64,000 nt of DNA from an uncultured Eubacteriales bacterium (GCA_900545175.1 UQYF01000005.1:29890-93889); one strand, 5' to 3'. Counted from the first letter of the stretch, positions 9,600-19,567 are shown. Notes: generated by a model from the sequence alone, not told the origin. Made by a program: numbers and translations.

Positions 9600-9905
9600 A
9601 GGGAAGAAGTAGATATTTTTAGGAGCCTACAGAGAGCTGCCGGGTGGTGAGAGGCGCACAGGTAACGGAATATTGAATACATCCTAGAGCATTGCACCGA
9701 AAGAAAGATAATTTTTTTAGTAGGCTGTGACGGCAGCACCCGTTATAGTGCAGAGGTATCGATTAAAAGTGTGAAGGATTACTTCTGAAACAGCTTTTGG
9801 TCTGTACTTGGTGAGGCACCGGATGTGAGTTCGGTGTGAAGTAAGGTGGTAACACGTTTATATACGTCCTTACAGTAGTAATCGCTGCTGTAAGGATTTT
9901 TTTAT
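9600..9905 (+). ncRNA. T-box leader riboswitch (likely tyrosine-specific) controlling tyrS
   Basis: Stem-I like region with AGAGAG/GGTGAGAG; candidate specifier loop GAA-UAC-A; T-box-like AAGGTGGTAACACG; terminator TCCTTACAG...CTGTAAGGA plus T7 at about 9868-9905. Confidence 0.55.
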
Positions 9906-9963
9906 TCTTTGAGCAGCGCATATAATTTGGTAAGTGTGCGGCTTAGCACGGAAAGGACAAAAA

Positions 9964-11184
9964 ATGGGTATTTACGAAGAGCTTAAGGCAAGAGGTCTTA
10001 TAGCACAGGTAACAAATGAAGAAGAAATCAGCAAGATGATCAATGAAGGAAAGGCTACCTTCTATATAGGATTTGACTGTACGGCTGATTCTCTTACAGC
10101 AGGACATTTTATGGCGCTTACACTTATGAAACGTCTTCAGATGGCAGGAAATAAGCCGATCGCATTAATCGGCGGCGGAACAACCATGATAGGTGACCCT
10201 TCCGGAAGAACCGATATGCGTAAGATGCTTACGAAGGAAGATATTGAGCATAATGCTGAATGTTTCAAGAGACAGATGGAGAGATTTATTGACTTTAGTG
10301 ATGGAAAAGCTCTTATGGTAAACAATGCCGACTGGCTTTTAAATCTCAACTATGTTGAACTGCTTCGTGAAGTCGGAGCATGCTTTAGTGTCAACAATAT
10401 GCTTCGTGCAGAGTGCTATAAGCAGAGAATGGAGAAGGGACTCTCATTCCTTGAGTTTAACTACATGATAATGCAGAGCTATGACTTCTATATGTTATAC
10501 CAGAAATACGGCTGTAACATGGAGTTCGGCGGAGATGACCAGTGGAGCAACATGCTCGGAGGAACAGAGCTTATCCGCCGTAAGCTAGGTAAGGATGCAC
10601 ATGCCATGACAATAACGCTTCTCACCGATTCTAACGGTAAGAAGATGGGAAAGACTGCCGGAAACGCTGTATGGCTTGACCCTGATAAGACTTCACCTTA
10701 CGATTTCTTCCAGTATTGGAGAAATGTTGACGATGCAGATGTAATGAAGTGCATTAAGATGCTCACATTTATTCCGCTTGAGGAGATTGAAAGGATGGAG
10801 AGCTGGGAAGGCAGCCAATTAAATGAAGCTAAGATGATTCTCGCATACGAGCTTACCAAGCTTGTTCACGGCGAGGAGGAAGCTGATAAGGCTAAGGCAG
10901 GCGCACTTGCAATATTCGGTGGTTCAGGAGACTCATCGAACATGCCTACAGTTGAGATTGAGGAAGCTGATTTCAGGGATGGCTTTGTTGATATACAGAC
11001 ACTTCTTGTAAAGGCAGGTCTTTGTCAGTCACGCGGCGATGCAAGAAGAAATGTTGAGCAGGGCGGCGTTACAGCCAATGATGTGAAGGCAACGCTTGAC
11101 ACAAAGTTTGCCAAGGCTGATTTCGGTGATGGAATCGTTGTAAGAAGAGGAAAGAAGAGCTTTAAGAAGGCAGTTCTCAAGTAG
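9964..11184 (+). CDS. tyrS: Tyrosyl-tRNA synthetase
   Basis: HIGH-type motif region (TADSLTAGHFMAL), KMGKT (KMSKS motif), C-terminal S4 domain; preceded by the T-box. Confidence 0.9.
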   Translation: MGIYEELKARGLIAQVTNEEEISKMINEGKATFYIGFDCTADSLTAGHFMALTLMKRLQMAGNKPIALIGGGTTMIGDPSGRTDMRKMLTKEDIEHNAECFKRQMERFIDFSDGKALMVNNADWLLNLNYVELLREVGACFSVNNMLRAECYKQRMEKGLSFLEFNYMIMQSYDFYMLYQKYGCNMEFGGDDQWSNMLGGTELIRRKLGKDAHAMTITLLTDSNGKKMGKTAGNAVWLDPDKTSPYDFFQYWRNVDDADVMKCIKMLTFIPLEEIERMESWEGSQLNEAKMILAYELTKLVHGEEEADKAKAGALAIFGGSGDSSNMPTVEIEEADFRDGFVDIQTLLVKAGLCQSRGDARRNVEQGGVTANDVKATLDTKFAKADFGDGIVVRRGKKSFKKAVLK

Positions 11185-11211
11185 AGGGAGCGTTCATAGG
11201 ATCTTAAACAG

Positions 11212-11254
11212 CAGACCGTAAGAGAGAAATTTGTTCTTACGGTCTGTTTTCTAT
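11212..11254 (+). terminator. Intrinsic terminator after tyrS
   Basis: CAGACCGTAAGAG...CTTACGGTCTG followed by TTTTCTATTTT. Confidence 0.7.
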
Positions 11255-11455
11255 TTTATGGTTCCGGTGTCAAAACATGCTAATCATTTTATAAAATAAT
11301 TTATTATTTTTTAAATAGTATATTGCAATATATAATAGCTTGTGATATGATACAATAAATTCATCAGAGAAGAACTGAAAAGTGCTTTATTCTATCGGAT
11401 GGTTTTTTGATGAATTGACAGGTCGGATATTATAATTAAGGAAGGGAGTGTTTAC

Positions 11456-11764
11456 ATGAATACGCAGATGAAGAAGGGTGTTTTGGAGCTGTGTGTTCTC
11501 TCGATGTTAAATCGCAGTGACAAGTACGGATATGAGCTTACGGAGAGCTTGTCTGAGGAGATGTCGATAGCGCCTGGGACATTGTATCTTATACTTAAAA
11601 GGCTCAAGGATGACGATTGTGTCGAGACATATTTAGTGGAGTCGGAGTCAGGTCCGGCGAGGAAATATTATCACCTGACAGATAAGGGAATACAGAGTCT
11701 GGAACAACAGAAAAACGACTGGCAGCAATTTATAAAGATTGTCGGCAAGTTCATAGGCGAGTAG
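11456..11764 (+). CDS. PadR-family transcriptional regulator
   Basis: Winged-helix PadR signature (LELCVLSMLNRSDKYGYEL...GTLYLILKRLK). Confidence 0.85.
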   Translation: MNTQMKKGVLELCVLSMLNRSDKYGYELTESLSEEMSIAPGTLYLILKRLKDDDCVETYLVESESGPARKYYHLTDKGIQSLEQQKNDWQQFIKIVGKFIGE

Positions 11765-11782
11765 TAGAGGGAGGAAAGATTT

Positions 11783-13219
11783 ATGACAAGAGCAGAATAT
11801 ATGGAAGAGCTTGCGAAGGCACTTAAGGATTATGACGAGGATTTTGCATTAGATATTATCGGGGATTACAGGAGACATTTCGATGAGGCGGCTGCTGACG
11901 GAAGAAGTGAGGAGTCAGTATGTGAGGAGTTAGGAAGCGTAGAGGATTTTATAAGGGATATACCGGAGGAGTTTAAAAGAAACAGTGAGCCAGATGAGAA
12001 GGAGCAGGACGATGCTGAATTTTCTGAGAAAGCCGGAGAAGAGGCACATTCAACAGGAAAGAATGATGATATCACGGACGATTTTGAAAAGCTTGCAAGT
12101 GACATAGGCAAGCTTGTAAACGAAGCCGGAAGGATGGCAGGCAAGGCCGGTGTAGCCGCCGGAAAAGCTGCAATCAAGGCGGCAAAAAGTGCTGATTCAG
12201 CTATAAGTAAGCTAAGCGAAGTTATATCTGACAAGATAAATGAAGCGATGGAAGATAAGACATCAGACATTTTTGATTCGGACGAGGGCAGTGATGATGA
12301 AGGTGGCAAAGCTGCCAAGGATATAGCAGGTGGCATGAACCTTGACAAGGATGACATTTTTGAAGAAAAGACAGATGACAATACTCTCATAGTATGCAGC
12401 TATACCGGCATCAGAGGAATCAAGATGAGTGTAGTAGAACCACATGTGGAACTTACACAGAGTGATACGGATGCAGTGACAATCACATTGTCAAGACCTC
12501 TTACTAAGAAGGAAAAGATGTATATGAGTCCTGTTGTGACTGTGGAGGACGGAATACTTAAGGTTAAACAGGAGAACAAAAGCAGGGCGTTCTCATTCCT
12601 CAATAATATTGGAAATGCACCTCTCATATATTATGTAAATATTCCTGCAAAATTTGAAAAAATCAATATTTCTACGGTCAGCGGCGGCATAATTATTCAG
12701 AGTCAGATAGTAACAGACGGCTGTAAGCTCTCAACAGTAAGTGGCTCGATAAAGACAGAATATGAAATACAAGCTGACAAAATAAAGCTTAATACGGTGA
12801 GTGGCTCTATAAAAACAGGTATGCTGTTATATGCAAAGAAACAGGAGTTGAGTTCTGTGAGCGGAAGCATAAAAGCTGTGGCAGGGCAGGACAGCTTCAG
12901 TTTAGATACTGTCAGCGGATCGGTCAAACTTGCTATAGCTGCACCCTGCAGTGGAAATATAAATACGGTTTCCGGTTCAATAGTGATTAATCTCCTAGCT
13001 GACATAGGAATTGACATAAAGAGTTCAGGGATGAGCGGATCCATGAAGCTGATGACAGATAAGCATGTTGATTGGAATAATGGTGAGAATGAAAAGAATG
13101 TTCATTTCGGATTCTCAAAATCAGACAGACATGCGATATTCGGGGATGGCTTAGCAAGAGTGACAACAGGCTCCGTAAGCGGTTCGGTGAAGGTATACGA
13201 TTTCGGAAAAATGGAATAG
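11783..13219 (+). CDS. DUF1700-like N-terminus, a long acidic/lysine-rich disordered linker, and a C-terminal DUF4097 beta-helix repeat domain (LiaG-like)
   Basis: N-terminal MTRAEYMEELAKALKDYDEDF typical of proteins encoded after padR; about eight tandem TVSGSIK-type repeats near the C-terminus; no TM segment visible. Confidence 0.7.
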   Translation: MTRAEYMEELAKALKDYDEDFALDIIGDYRRHFDEAAADGRSEESVCEELGSVEDFIRDIPEEFKRNSEPDEKEQDDAEFSEKAGEEAHSTGKNDDITDDFEKLASDIGKLVNEAGRMAGKAGVAAGKAAIKAAKSADSAISKLSEVISDKINEAMEDKTSDIFDSDEGSDDEGGKAAKDIAGGMNLDKDDIFEEKTDDNTLIVCSYTGIRGIKMSVVEPHVELTQSDTDAVTITLSRPLTKKEKMYMSPVVTVEDGILKVKQENKSRAFSFLNNIGNAPLIYYVNIPAKFEKINISTVSGGIIIQSQIVTDGCKLSTVSGSIKTEYEIQADKIKLNTVSGSIKTGMLLYAKKQELSSVSGSIKAVAGQDSFSLDTVSGSVKLAIAAPCSGNINTVSGSIVINLLADIGIDIKSSGMSGSMKLMTDKHVDWNNGENEKNVHFGFSKSDRHAIFGDGLARVTTGSVSGSVKVYDFGKME

Positions 13220-13233
13220 TAAGCGTAGGACAG

Positions 13234-13282
13234 AGGGGTGTGACATTATTGTATAACAATGTTGTCACACCCCTTTGTCTTA
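13234..13282 (+). terminator. Intrinsic terminator
   Basis: AGGGGTGTGACA...TGTCACACCCCT followed by TTGTCTTATTT. Confidence 0.7.
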
Positions 13283-13392
13283 TTTATAAAGGTTGTATTA
13301 ACTTTTTATAAAGTCCATTGACTTAGGAATTTGAGGGTGGCATTATTGCTTATAAACACAAAAAGAATGCAAAATTGGAAATGGAGACTATT

Positions 13393-15546
13393 ATGGGAAA
13401 ATTGATTAAGTATCTGGCTGAGCATAAGCTGGCAGTGTTTATAATTCTGCTGCTTCTGGTTGTGCAGGCATTCTGTGACCTTTCACTTCCGTCATATACT
13501 TCCGATATTGTCGATGTCGGAATACAGCAAAGCGGTATAGAAGGCGCAGCGGCTGAGAAGTATACGCAAAAGACGTATGAAGCTTTAAAGCTTTTTATGA
13601 ATGATGAGGATATAGCATATATGGATGAATGCTATGACGCGGACGGTGAAGTGTATGTCCGCAGGAATCTGTCATCAAAGGAGCTTGATAAGTTAAATAA
13701 TACGCTGCTCACAGCGGCAGGCATGGTATATTCGGTTCAGACATCCGGACAGTATAGCATTGCAGAGCTTGTTGACGGCTATAATGCAGGGCTTGTGACA
13801 AGGGAAGCTTTGTCGGCATTGACGCAGCAGGTCGAAGCTGCCATGGGAGATATGGCGGCTTCGATGAAATCCCAGATGGCTGTTGAGCTTGTAAAGAGTG
13901 AGTATACAGCCCTTAATTATGATCTTAATGCGATTCAGAGACATTATCTTCTGATTATGGGAGCTAAGATGCTTGCAATGACATTACTCATGGTTGCTGC
14001 TGCAATAGGAGTGGGCTTTATCGGCGCAAGAACTGCTGCTGCGATAGGACGTGACCTTAGGGAGAAGCTTTTTACGAAGGTCATAGGCTTTTCAAATGCG
14101 GATATCAACAAATTTTCTACAGCATCCCTCATAACAAGAAGTACTAACGATGTCCAGCAGGTTCAGCAGGTATCGGTTATGATGCTTAGAATCGTACTGT
14201 ATGCTCCTATCATTGGAATAGGCGGTATTATAAAAGTTACCGGAACAGACACAGGAATGGGATGGATAATAGGTGTTGCTGTCGGTGCAGTGCTTTCACT
14301 TGTGCTTGTGCTGATGGTTGTCGCAATGCCTAAGTTTAAAAAGATGCAGAGTCTTGTTGACCGTGTCAACTTAGTATCTAGAGAGCTACTTACAGGAACT
14401 ATGGTTATAAGAGCGTTCAGCAGGGAGAAGCATGAGGAGGAGAGATTTGACAAGGCTAACAAGGATCTTATGTCTACACAGCTCTTCACTAACCGTGTCA
14501 TGTCCATAATGATGCCTGCAATGATGCTTATTATGAATGCGATTACTGTACTCATAGTATGGATGGGCGCAAAAGGAATAGATATCGGACGTATGCAGGT
14601 AGGTGACATGATGGCATTCATAACCTATACAATGCAGATTGTCATGGCTTTCCTTATGATTACGATGATATCGGTTATGCTTCCGAGAGCAGGTGTTGCA
14701 GCTGACCGTATTGAGGAGGTTTTAAACACAAAGGAGACAATAGAGGATAAGGCTGATGCCTGTGAGGCGGATAAGAAGCTTGCCGACTGCAAGGGTGTTG
14801 TTGAATTTAAGAATGTATCCTTCAGATTTGACGGCGGAAGCGAAAATGCAATCTCTAATCTGACCTTTAAGGCAGAACCTGGAAAGACAACAGCGATTAT
14901 AGGAAGCACAGGCTGCGGAAAATCGACTGTTGTGAATCTTTTAGACAGATTTTACGATGTTACAGAAGGGAGCATAACACTTGACGGTGTTGACATCCGT
15001 GATATATCGCAGAAGGAGTTGAGAAGCCATATCGGTCTTGTGCCTCAAAAAGGTGTGCTGTTCTCAGGAACGATTGAGAGCAATATCAAATACGGCGGAG
15101 ATTTTGTCACAGATGAGGATATGAAGGAGGCAGCAGCTATCGCACAGGCTACGGAGTTTATCGACAGTAAGAAGGACGGATATGCCGACTCGATAGCACA
15201 GGGCGGAACTAATGTGTCCGGAGGACAGAAGCAGCGGCTCTCAATAGCGAGAGCTATTGCAGTAAGGCCAAAGGTGTATGTGTTTGATGACAGCTTTTCG
15301 GCACTTGATTTTAAGACGGATGCAGCTCTTAGAAAGGCATTATCTGCCAGAACCAAGGATGCTTCCGTGATTATAGTAGCACAGAGAATCTCAACTATAA
15401 TGAACGCAGACCAGATTATTCTTTTGAATGAAGGCAAGGTTGCAGGAATCGGAACACACAAGGAGCTTTTAAAGAATTGCCCTGAGTATTTAGAAATTGC
15501 AAAATCCCAGCTTTCCGAAGCGGAACTTGCAGGAGAGGAGGCGTAA
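13393..15546 (+). CDS. ABC exporter, fused permease/ATPase subunit 1 of a heterodimeric multidrug-type exporter
   Basis: 6 TM N-terminus, Walker A GSTGCGKST, signature VSGGQKQRLSIARA, Walker B VFDDSFSALD; the ORF is also open from 13375. Confidence 0.85.
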   Translation: MGKLIKYLAEHKLAVFIILLLLVVQAFCDLSLPSYTSDIVDVGIQQSGIEGAAAEKYTQKTYEALKLFMNDEDIAYMDECYDADGEVYVRRNLSSKELDKLNNTLLTAAGMVYSVQTSGQYSIAELVDGYNAGLVTREALSALTQQVEAAMGDMAASMKSQMAVELVKSEYTALNYDLNAIQRHYLLIMGAKMLAMTLLMVAAAIGVGFIGARTAAAIGRDLREKLFTKVIGFSNADINKFSTASLITRSTNDVQQVQQVSVMMLRIVLYAPIIGIGGIIKVTGTDTGMGWIIGVAVGAVLSLVLVLMVVAMPKFKKMQSLVDRVNLVSRELLTGTMVIRAFSREKHEEERFDKANKDLMSTQLFTNRVMSIMMPAMMLIMNAITVLIVWMGAKGIDIGRMQVGDMMAFITYTMQIVMAFLMITMISVMLPRAGVAADRIEEVLNTKETIEDKADACEADKKLADCKGVVEFKNVSFRFDGGSENAISNLTFKAEPGKTTAIIGSTGCGKSTVVNLLDRFYDVTEGSITLDGVDIRDISQKELRSHIGLVPQKGVLFSGTIESNIKYGGDFVTDEDMKEAAAIAQATEFIDSKKDGYADSIAQGGTNVSGGQKQRLSIARAIAVRPKVYVFDDSFSALDFKTDAALRKALSARTKDASVIIVAQRISTIMNADQIILLNEGKVAGIGTHKELLKNCPEYLEIAKSQLSEAELAGEEA

Positions 15547-15551
15547 GACGG

Positions 15552-17396
15552 ATGAGCGAAAATAGAGAATATTCAAAGAGCAGAAATATGGGCAGACGTG
15601 GTCCGGGAGGGCATGGAATGATGCCCGGCGAGAAGGCAAAGGACTTTAAAGGTACGACAAGGAAAATTCTGTCATATGTTGGCAGATATAAGATTGCAAT
15701 AGTGCTTGTAATGATATGTGCTGTTATGGGAACTATTTTTAATATAGTAGGTCCTAAGGTGCTTTCTAAGGCGACAACAGAGATATTTAACGGTCTTGTA
15801 TCTAAAGTGTCGGGTGGAGCAGGTATTGATTTTCACAAGATAGGTGTTATTTTACTTATCCTTCTTGGACTTTATTGTGTCAGTGCACTGTTTTCATTCA
15901 TACAGGGCTTTATAATGAGCGGCATTTCACAGAAGCTAAGCTTCAGAATGAGAAAGGAAATTTCTGAGAAAATTAACAGAATGCCTCTTGCATATTTTGA
16001 ATCTAAGACTGTCGGAGAAGTGCTTTCAAGAATAACCAACGATGTTGATACATTCGGAATGAGCCTTAACCAGAGTATCACGACACTTATCACATCTGTG
16101 ACAACGCTTATAGGTGTATTTATAATGATGATGACTATAAGTCCTCTTATGACGCTTATTGCACTTGTGATACTTCCGATATCAGCATTTTTGATAAGTG
16201 TTGTTGTAAAGCATTCGCAAAAGTACTTTAAGGCACAACAGGAATACTTAGGAGATATCAACGGTGCTATCGAGGAATCATACAGCGGACACACCATAAT
16301 AAAGGCATTTAACCGCGAAGAGAAAGTAAATGAGAGCTTTCAGGAGACAAATGCGAAGCTGTATTCATCAGCGTGGAAATCACAGTTCTTATCTGGACTT
16401 ATGCAGCCTATAATGACATTTGTCGGAAATCTTGGCTATGTTGCCGTGGCTGTGACAGGTAGTATGCTTGCAGTTGCCGGCTCGATTACGGTAGGTGATA
16501 TTCAGGCATTTATACAGTATGTAAGGAGCTTTACACAGCCTATAACACAGATTGCACAGGTATTTAACATGCTTCAGTCGATGGCTGCCGCAGCAGAGAG
16601 AATATTCGAATTCCTTGACGAGGAAGAGGAGCCTGTAACTGAGAATCCTGTAAGGCTTGATGAGATTAAGGGAGAGGTTGATTTTGAGCATGTTAAGTTC
16701 GGCTACGACCCTGAGAAACCTGTCATCCACGATTTTACATGCCATGTAAAACCGGGAAGCATGGTGGCAATCGTAGGTCCTACAGGAGCAGGAAAGACCA
16801 CGATGGTTAAGCTTCTCATGCGCTTTTATGATGTCAATTCCGGATGTATCAGGGTTGACGGAGAAAATGTCAAGGATTTTGAGAGAAGGAATCTACGTGA
16901 AGCATTTGGAATGGTGCTTCAGGATACCTGGCTGTTCAAGGGAACAATCATGGAAAATATCAGATACGGACGACTTGATGCTACCGATGAGGAGGTTATC
17001 GCAGCAGCTAAGGCGGCTAATGCTGACCATTTTATAAGGACTCTTCCGGGTGGCTATGATATGGAGCTTAATGAGGAGGCAAGCAACGTCTCTCAGGGAC
17101 AGAAGCAGCTTCTCACAATCGCAAGAGCCATTCTTGCCGACAACAGGATAATGATTCTTGATGAGGCTACAAGCTCGGTAGATACAAGAACAGAACAGCA
17201 CATTCAGGATGCGATGGCAAATCTTATGAAGGGAAGAACGAGCTTTGTCATAGCTCACAGACTCTCAACAATAAGAGATGCGGATGTCATTCTTGTGATG
17301 AAGGACGGAGATATTATAGAGCAGGGTAATCACAACGAGCTGCTTGCAGGAAACGGATTCTATGCACAGCTTTATAACAGCCAGTTTGAGGCATAA
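15552..17396 (+). CDS. ABC exporter, fused permease/ATPase subunit 2
   Basis: Walker A GPTGAGKTT, signature VSQGQKQLLTIARA, Walker B ILDEATSSVD; adjacent to subunit 1. Confidence 0.85.
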   Translation: MSENREYSKSRNMGRRGPGGHGMMPGEKAKDFKGTTRKILSYVGRYKIAIVLVMICAVMGTIFNIVGPKVLSKATTEIFNGLVSKVSGGAGIDFHKIGVILLILLGLYCVSALFSFIQGFIMSGISQKLSFRMRKEISEKINRMPLAYFESKTVGEVLSRITNDVDTFGMSLNQSITTLITSVTTLIGVFIMMMTISPLMTLIALVILPISAFLISVVVKHSQKYFKAQQEYLGDINGAIEESYSGHTIIKAFNREEKVNESFQETNAKLYSSAWKSQFLSGLMQPIMTFVGNLGYVAVAVTGSMLAVAGSITVGDIQAFIQYVRSFTQPITQIAQVFNMLQSMAAAAERIFEFLDEEEEPVTENPVRLDEIKGEVDFEHVKFGYDPEKPVIHDFTCHVKPGSMVAIVGPTGAGKTTMVKLLMRFYDVNSGCIRVDGENVKDFERRNLREAFGMVLQDTWLFKGTIMENIRYGRLDATDEEVIAAAKAANADHFIRTLPGGYDMELNEEASNVSQGQKQLLTIARAILADNRIMILDEATSSVDTRTEQHIQDAMANLMKGRTSFVIAHRLSTIRDADVILVMKDGDIIEQGNHNELLAGNGFYAQLYNSQFEA

Positions 17397-17399
17397 AAA

Positions 17400-17468
17400 G
17401 TCTGGGACAGGTGTCTGACCCCTTGTCCCAGTTTTGGGACATAGGGGTCAGACACCCCTGTCCCAGAC
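17400..17468. other. 69-nt composite imperfect palindrome (24-26 bp outer stem enclosing a 7-bp inner hairpin) with no T-tract, between the ABC exporter stop and the next start codon
   Basis: GTCTGGGACAGGTGTCTGACCCCT / TGTCCCAGttttGGGACA / AGGGGTCAGACACCCCTGTCCCAGAC, read directly. Confidence 0.6.
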
Positions 17469-17484
17469 AGAATGGAGATGGATT

Positions 17485-19479
17485 ATGAAGCGTCTGATTA
17501 ACAGCAGGAAGGATTTGTTCACTATCCCTAATCTTATGGGGTATTTTCGTATAATACTTATTCCTATATTCATGGCGGTCTATATAGGAGCTGACAACAG
17601 GGCGGATTATATCGCTGCCGCAGTCATACTTGGAATATCCGGGCTTACGGACTGTTTTGACGGAAAAGTGGCAAGACATTTTAATATGATAACTGAGTGG
17701 GGCAAGGTGTTAGACCCTGTGGCGGATAAGCTTACGCAGGCGGCAGTGTTTATAAGCCTGTCCTTCCGCTATCCTACGATGAGATATCTTGTGATACTCT
17801 TTGTCGTGAAGGAAATGTTCATGGGTATTATGGGTGCTGTCATGTTAAAAAAAGGAAGCATGATGGACGGAGCAAGGTGGTACGGAAAGCTCTGCACTGC
17901 AGTGCTGTACGGAGCGATGTTCATGCTGCTGCTGGTAGTTGACCTCTCATATTTTGCGGCGGGGCTTATTATCTCAATCTGCATTATCATGAACGTCTTT
18001 TCGTTTGCATGTTACATAGTGTACTATGTGCGCGTGCTTATGAATAAGCCTGTTACAAGCGGAAAAATTAAGATGTGGAAGCCTGTGACGACAATTATCG
18101 GTTTTGTCCTTGTGTATGTGGTTATCAATCTGGCGATAGCGGTTGTAGGAAGCTCTAAGCAGCCGGAGTATAATGGCGATAAGCAGGTTGCAATGCAAAG
18201 TACTGATGGCACTGAGCGGGCGGTCATTGTCGAGGATAATTCGGATGCACTTTTAAGCAGAGTAAGGATGATACAGAATGCACAGTCGGAAATAATTCTT
18301 TCTACCTTTGATTTTATGTCGGATGAGAGCGGCAGGATAATGATTGGCGCACTGTGTGAAGCGGCTGAAAAAGGAGTGAAGGTGGAGGTGCTTGTCGATG
18401 GCTTTGACGGTGTTCTTCATATGAAGTGGAATCCTTACTTTTATGCATTGTCTGCGAATGAAAATGTAACTCTGATGATGTACAATGAGATAAATCCGTT
18501 CACTATGTACAAAGGCATGGCGAGAATGCATGACAAGTATCTTGTTGTGGACAGACAGATTTATATGCTTGGCGGAAGGAATACATTTAACTATTTCCTC
18601 GGAGACTACAGTAATTACAAAAATTATGACAGGGATGTTCTTGTGTGGAGGAGAAAGCCGGCAGCACAGCAGGAAAATGCGTCTGTCAATGAGCTTTTAG
18701 CTTACTATGAGACGGTCAAAAACAGCGGTGAATGCAGCAGTTTCGCACATGGAAAAAGTCTTGCGGACAGATACTGTGTGAAGCACGCTATGGAGCGTAT
18801 AGAGGAGGAATATGAAAAATACTGCTCTGAACATGAAGAGCTTTCAGATGAGTATTCCTATGAGGATAATACGTTTCAGGTTGAAAGTATAGCTCTGCTT
18901 TCAAATCCGGTGAATGCAGGAGTGAAGGAGCCTGTTGTATGGCATAAGCTTATGAGCCTTATAGGCAGTGCTAAGGAGTCCGTAAAGCTGCACACACCAT
19001 ACATAATCTGTAATGATATGATGTATGATACTATAAAGGACGCAGCCGCAGGAAAGGAAGTCACGGTAATGACTAATTCCGTTGCGAACAATGGCAACAG
19101 CTTCGGAGCGGCAGACCTTGAAAAGAACAGGGACAGAATGCTTGACACAGGTGTAACTTTATTAGAATACGATGGTGGAGTGTCATACCACGGAAAGAGC
19201 ATGGTGATTGACGATGACATATCCGTGGTCGGATCGTTCAATATGGATATGAGGAGCGCATATCTTGACACAGAGCTTATGCTTGTGATTAAAAGTGATG
19301 AGCTGAATGCACAGCTTCGTACTATCATGTCGGAATATGAAAAATCGGCGGTAATAGCATTGCTGGATGGCAGATATGACAATCCTAACAATGTTGTGCC
19401 GCAGGAGATAACAACAACGCGCAAGGTGAGAAAAAATATCATAAAGATGCTGTTTTACTGGGCGAGGTTTCTGTTCTGA
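17485..19479 (+). CDS. Fusion protein: N-terminal CDP-alcohol phosphatidyltransferase domain plus a C-terminal phospholipase-D/cardiolipin-synthase-like domain with two HKD motifs
   Basis: CDP-OH-P motif DGKVARHFNMITEWGKVLDPVADKL; HKD motifs HDKYLVVD and HGKSMVIDDD; N-terminal TM helices; the ORF is open from 17434 but the RBS-compatible start is ATG 17485. Confidence 0.75.
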   Translation: MKRLINSRKDLFTIPNLMGYFRIILIPIFMAVYIGADNRADYIAAAVILGISGLTDCFDGKVARHFNMITEWGKVLDPVADKLTQAAVFISLSFRYPTMRYLVILFVVKEMFMGIMGAVMLKKGSMMDGARWYGKLCTAVLYGAMFMLLLVVDLSYFAAGLIISICIIMNVFSFACYIVYYVRVLMNKPVTSGKIKMWKPVTTIIGFVLVYVVINLAIAVVGSSKQPEYNGDKQVAMQSTDGTERAVIVEDNSDALLSRVRMIQNAQSEIILSTFDFMSDESGRIMIGALCEAAEKGVKVEVLVDGFDGVLHMKWNPYFYALSANENVTLMMYNEINPFTMYKGMARMHDKYLVVDRQIYMLGGRNTFNYFLGDYSNYKNYDRDVLVWRRKPAAQQENASVNELLAYYETVKNSGECSSFAHGKSLADRYCVKHAMERIEEEYEKYCSEHEELSDEYSYEDNTFQVESIALLSNPVNAGVKEPVVWHKLMSLIGSAKESVKLHTPYIICNDMMYDTIKDAAAGKEVTVMTNSVANNGNSFGAADLEKNRDRMLDTGVTLLEYDGGVSYHGKSMVIDDDISVVGSFNMDMRSAYLDTELMLVIKSDELNAQLRTIMSEYEKSAVIALLDGRYDNPNNVVPQEITTTRKVRKNIIKMLFYWARFLF

Positions 19480-19535
19480 AATGTGTGAAGTTTAGTGCTC
19501 AAATTACAAATGTATATCAGAAAATTATAAAGTAT

Positions 19536-19567
19536 GCGGCATAGTCGGTTTTGGCTATGCCGTTTTG
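19536..19567 (+). terminator. Intrinsic terminator after the PgsA-PLD fusion gene
   Basis: CGGCATAG-loop-CTATGCCG followed by TTTTGC. Confidence 0.6.

Noticed and set aside
9934-9963. Longer tyrS start (MCGLARKGQK...)
   Set aside because: The RBS GGAAAGGA precedes ATG 9964. The upstream extension would overlap the T-box terminator.
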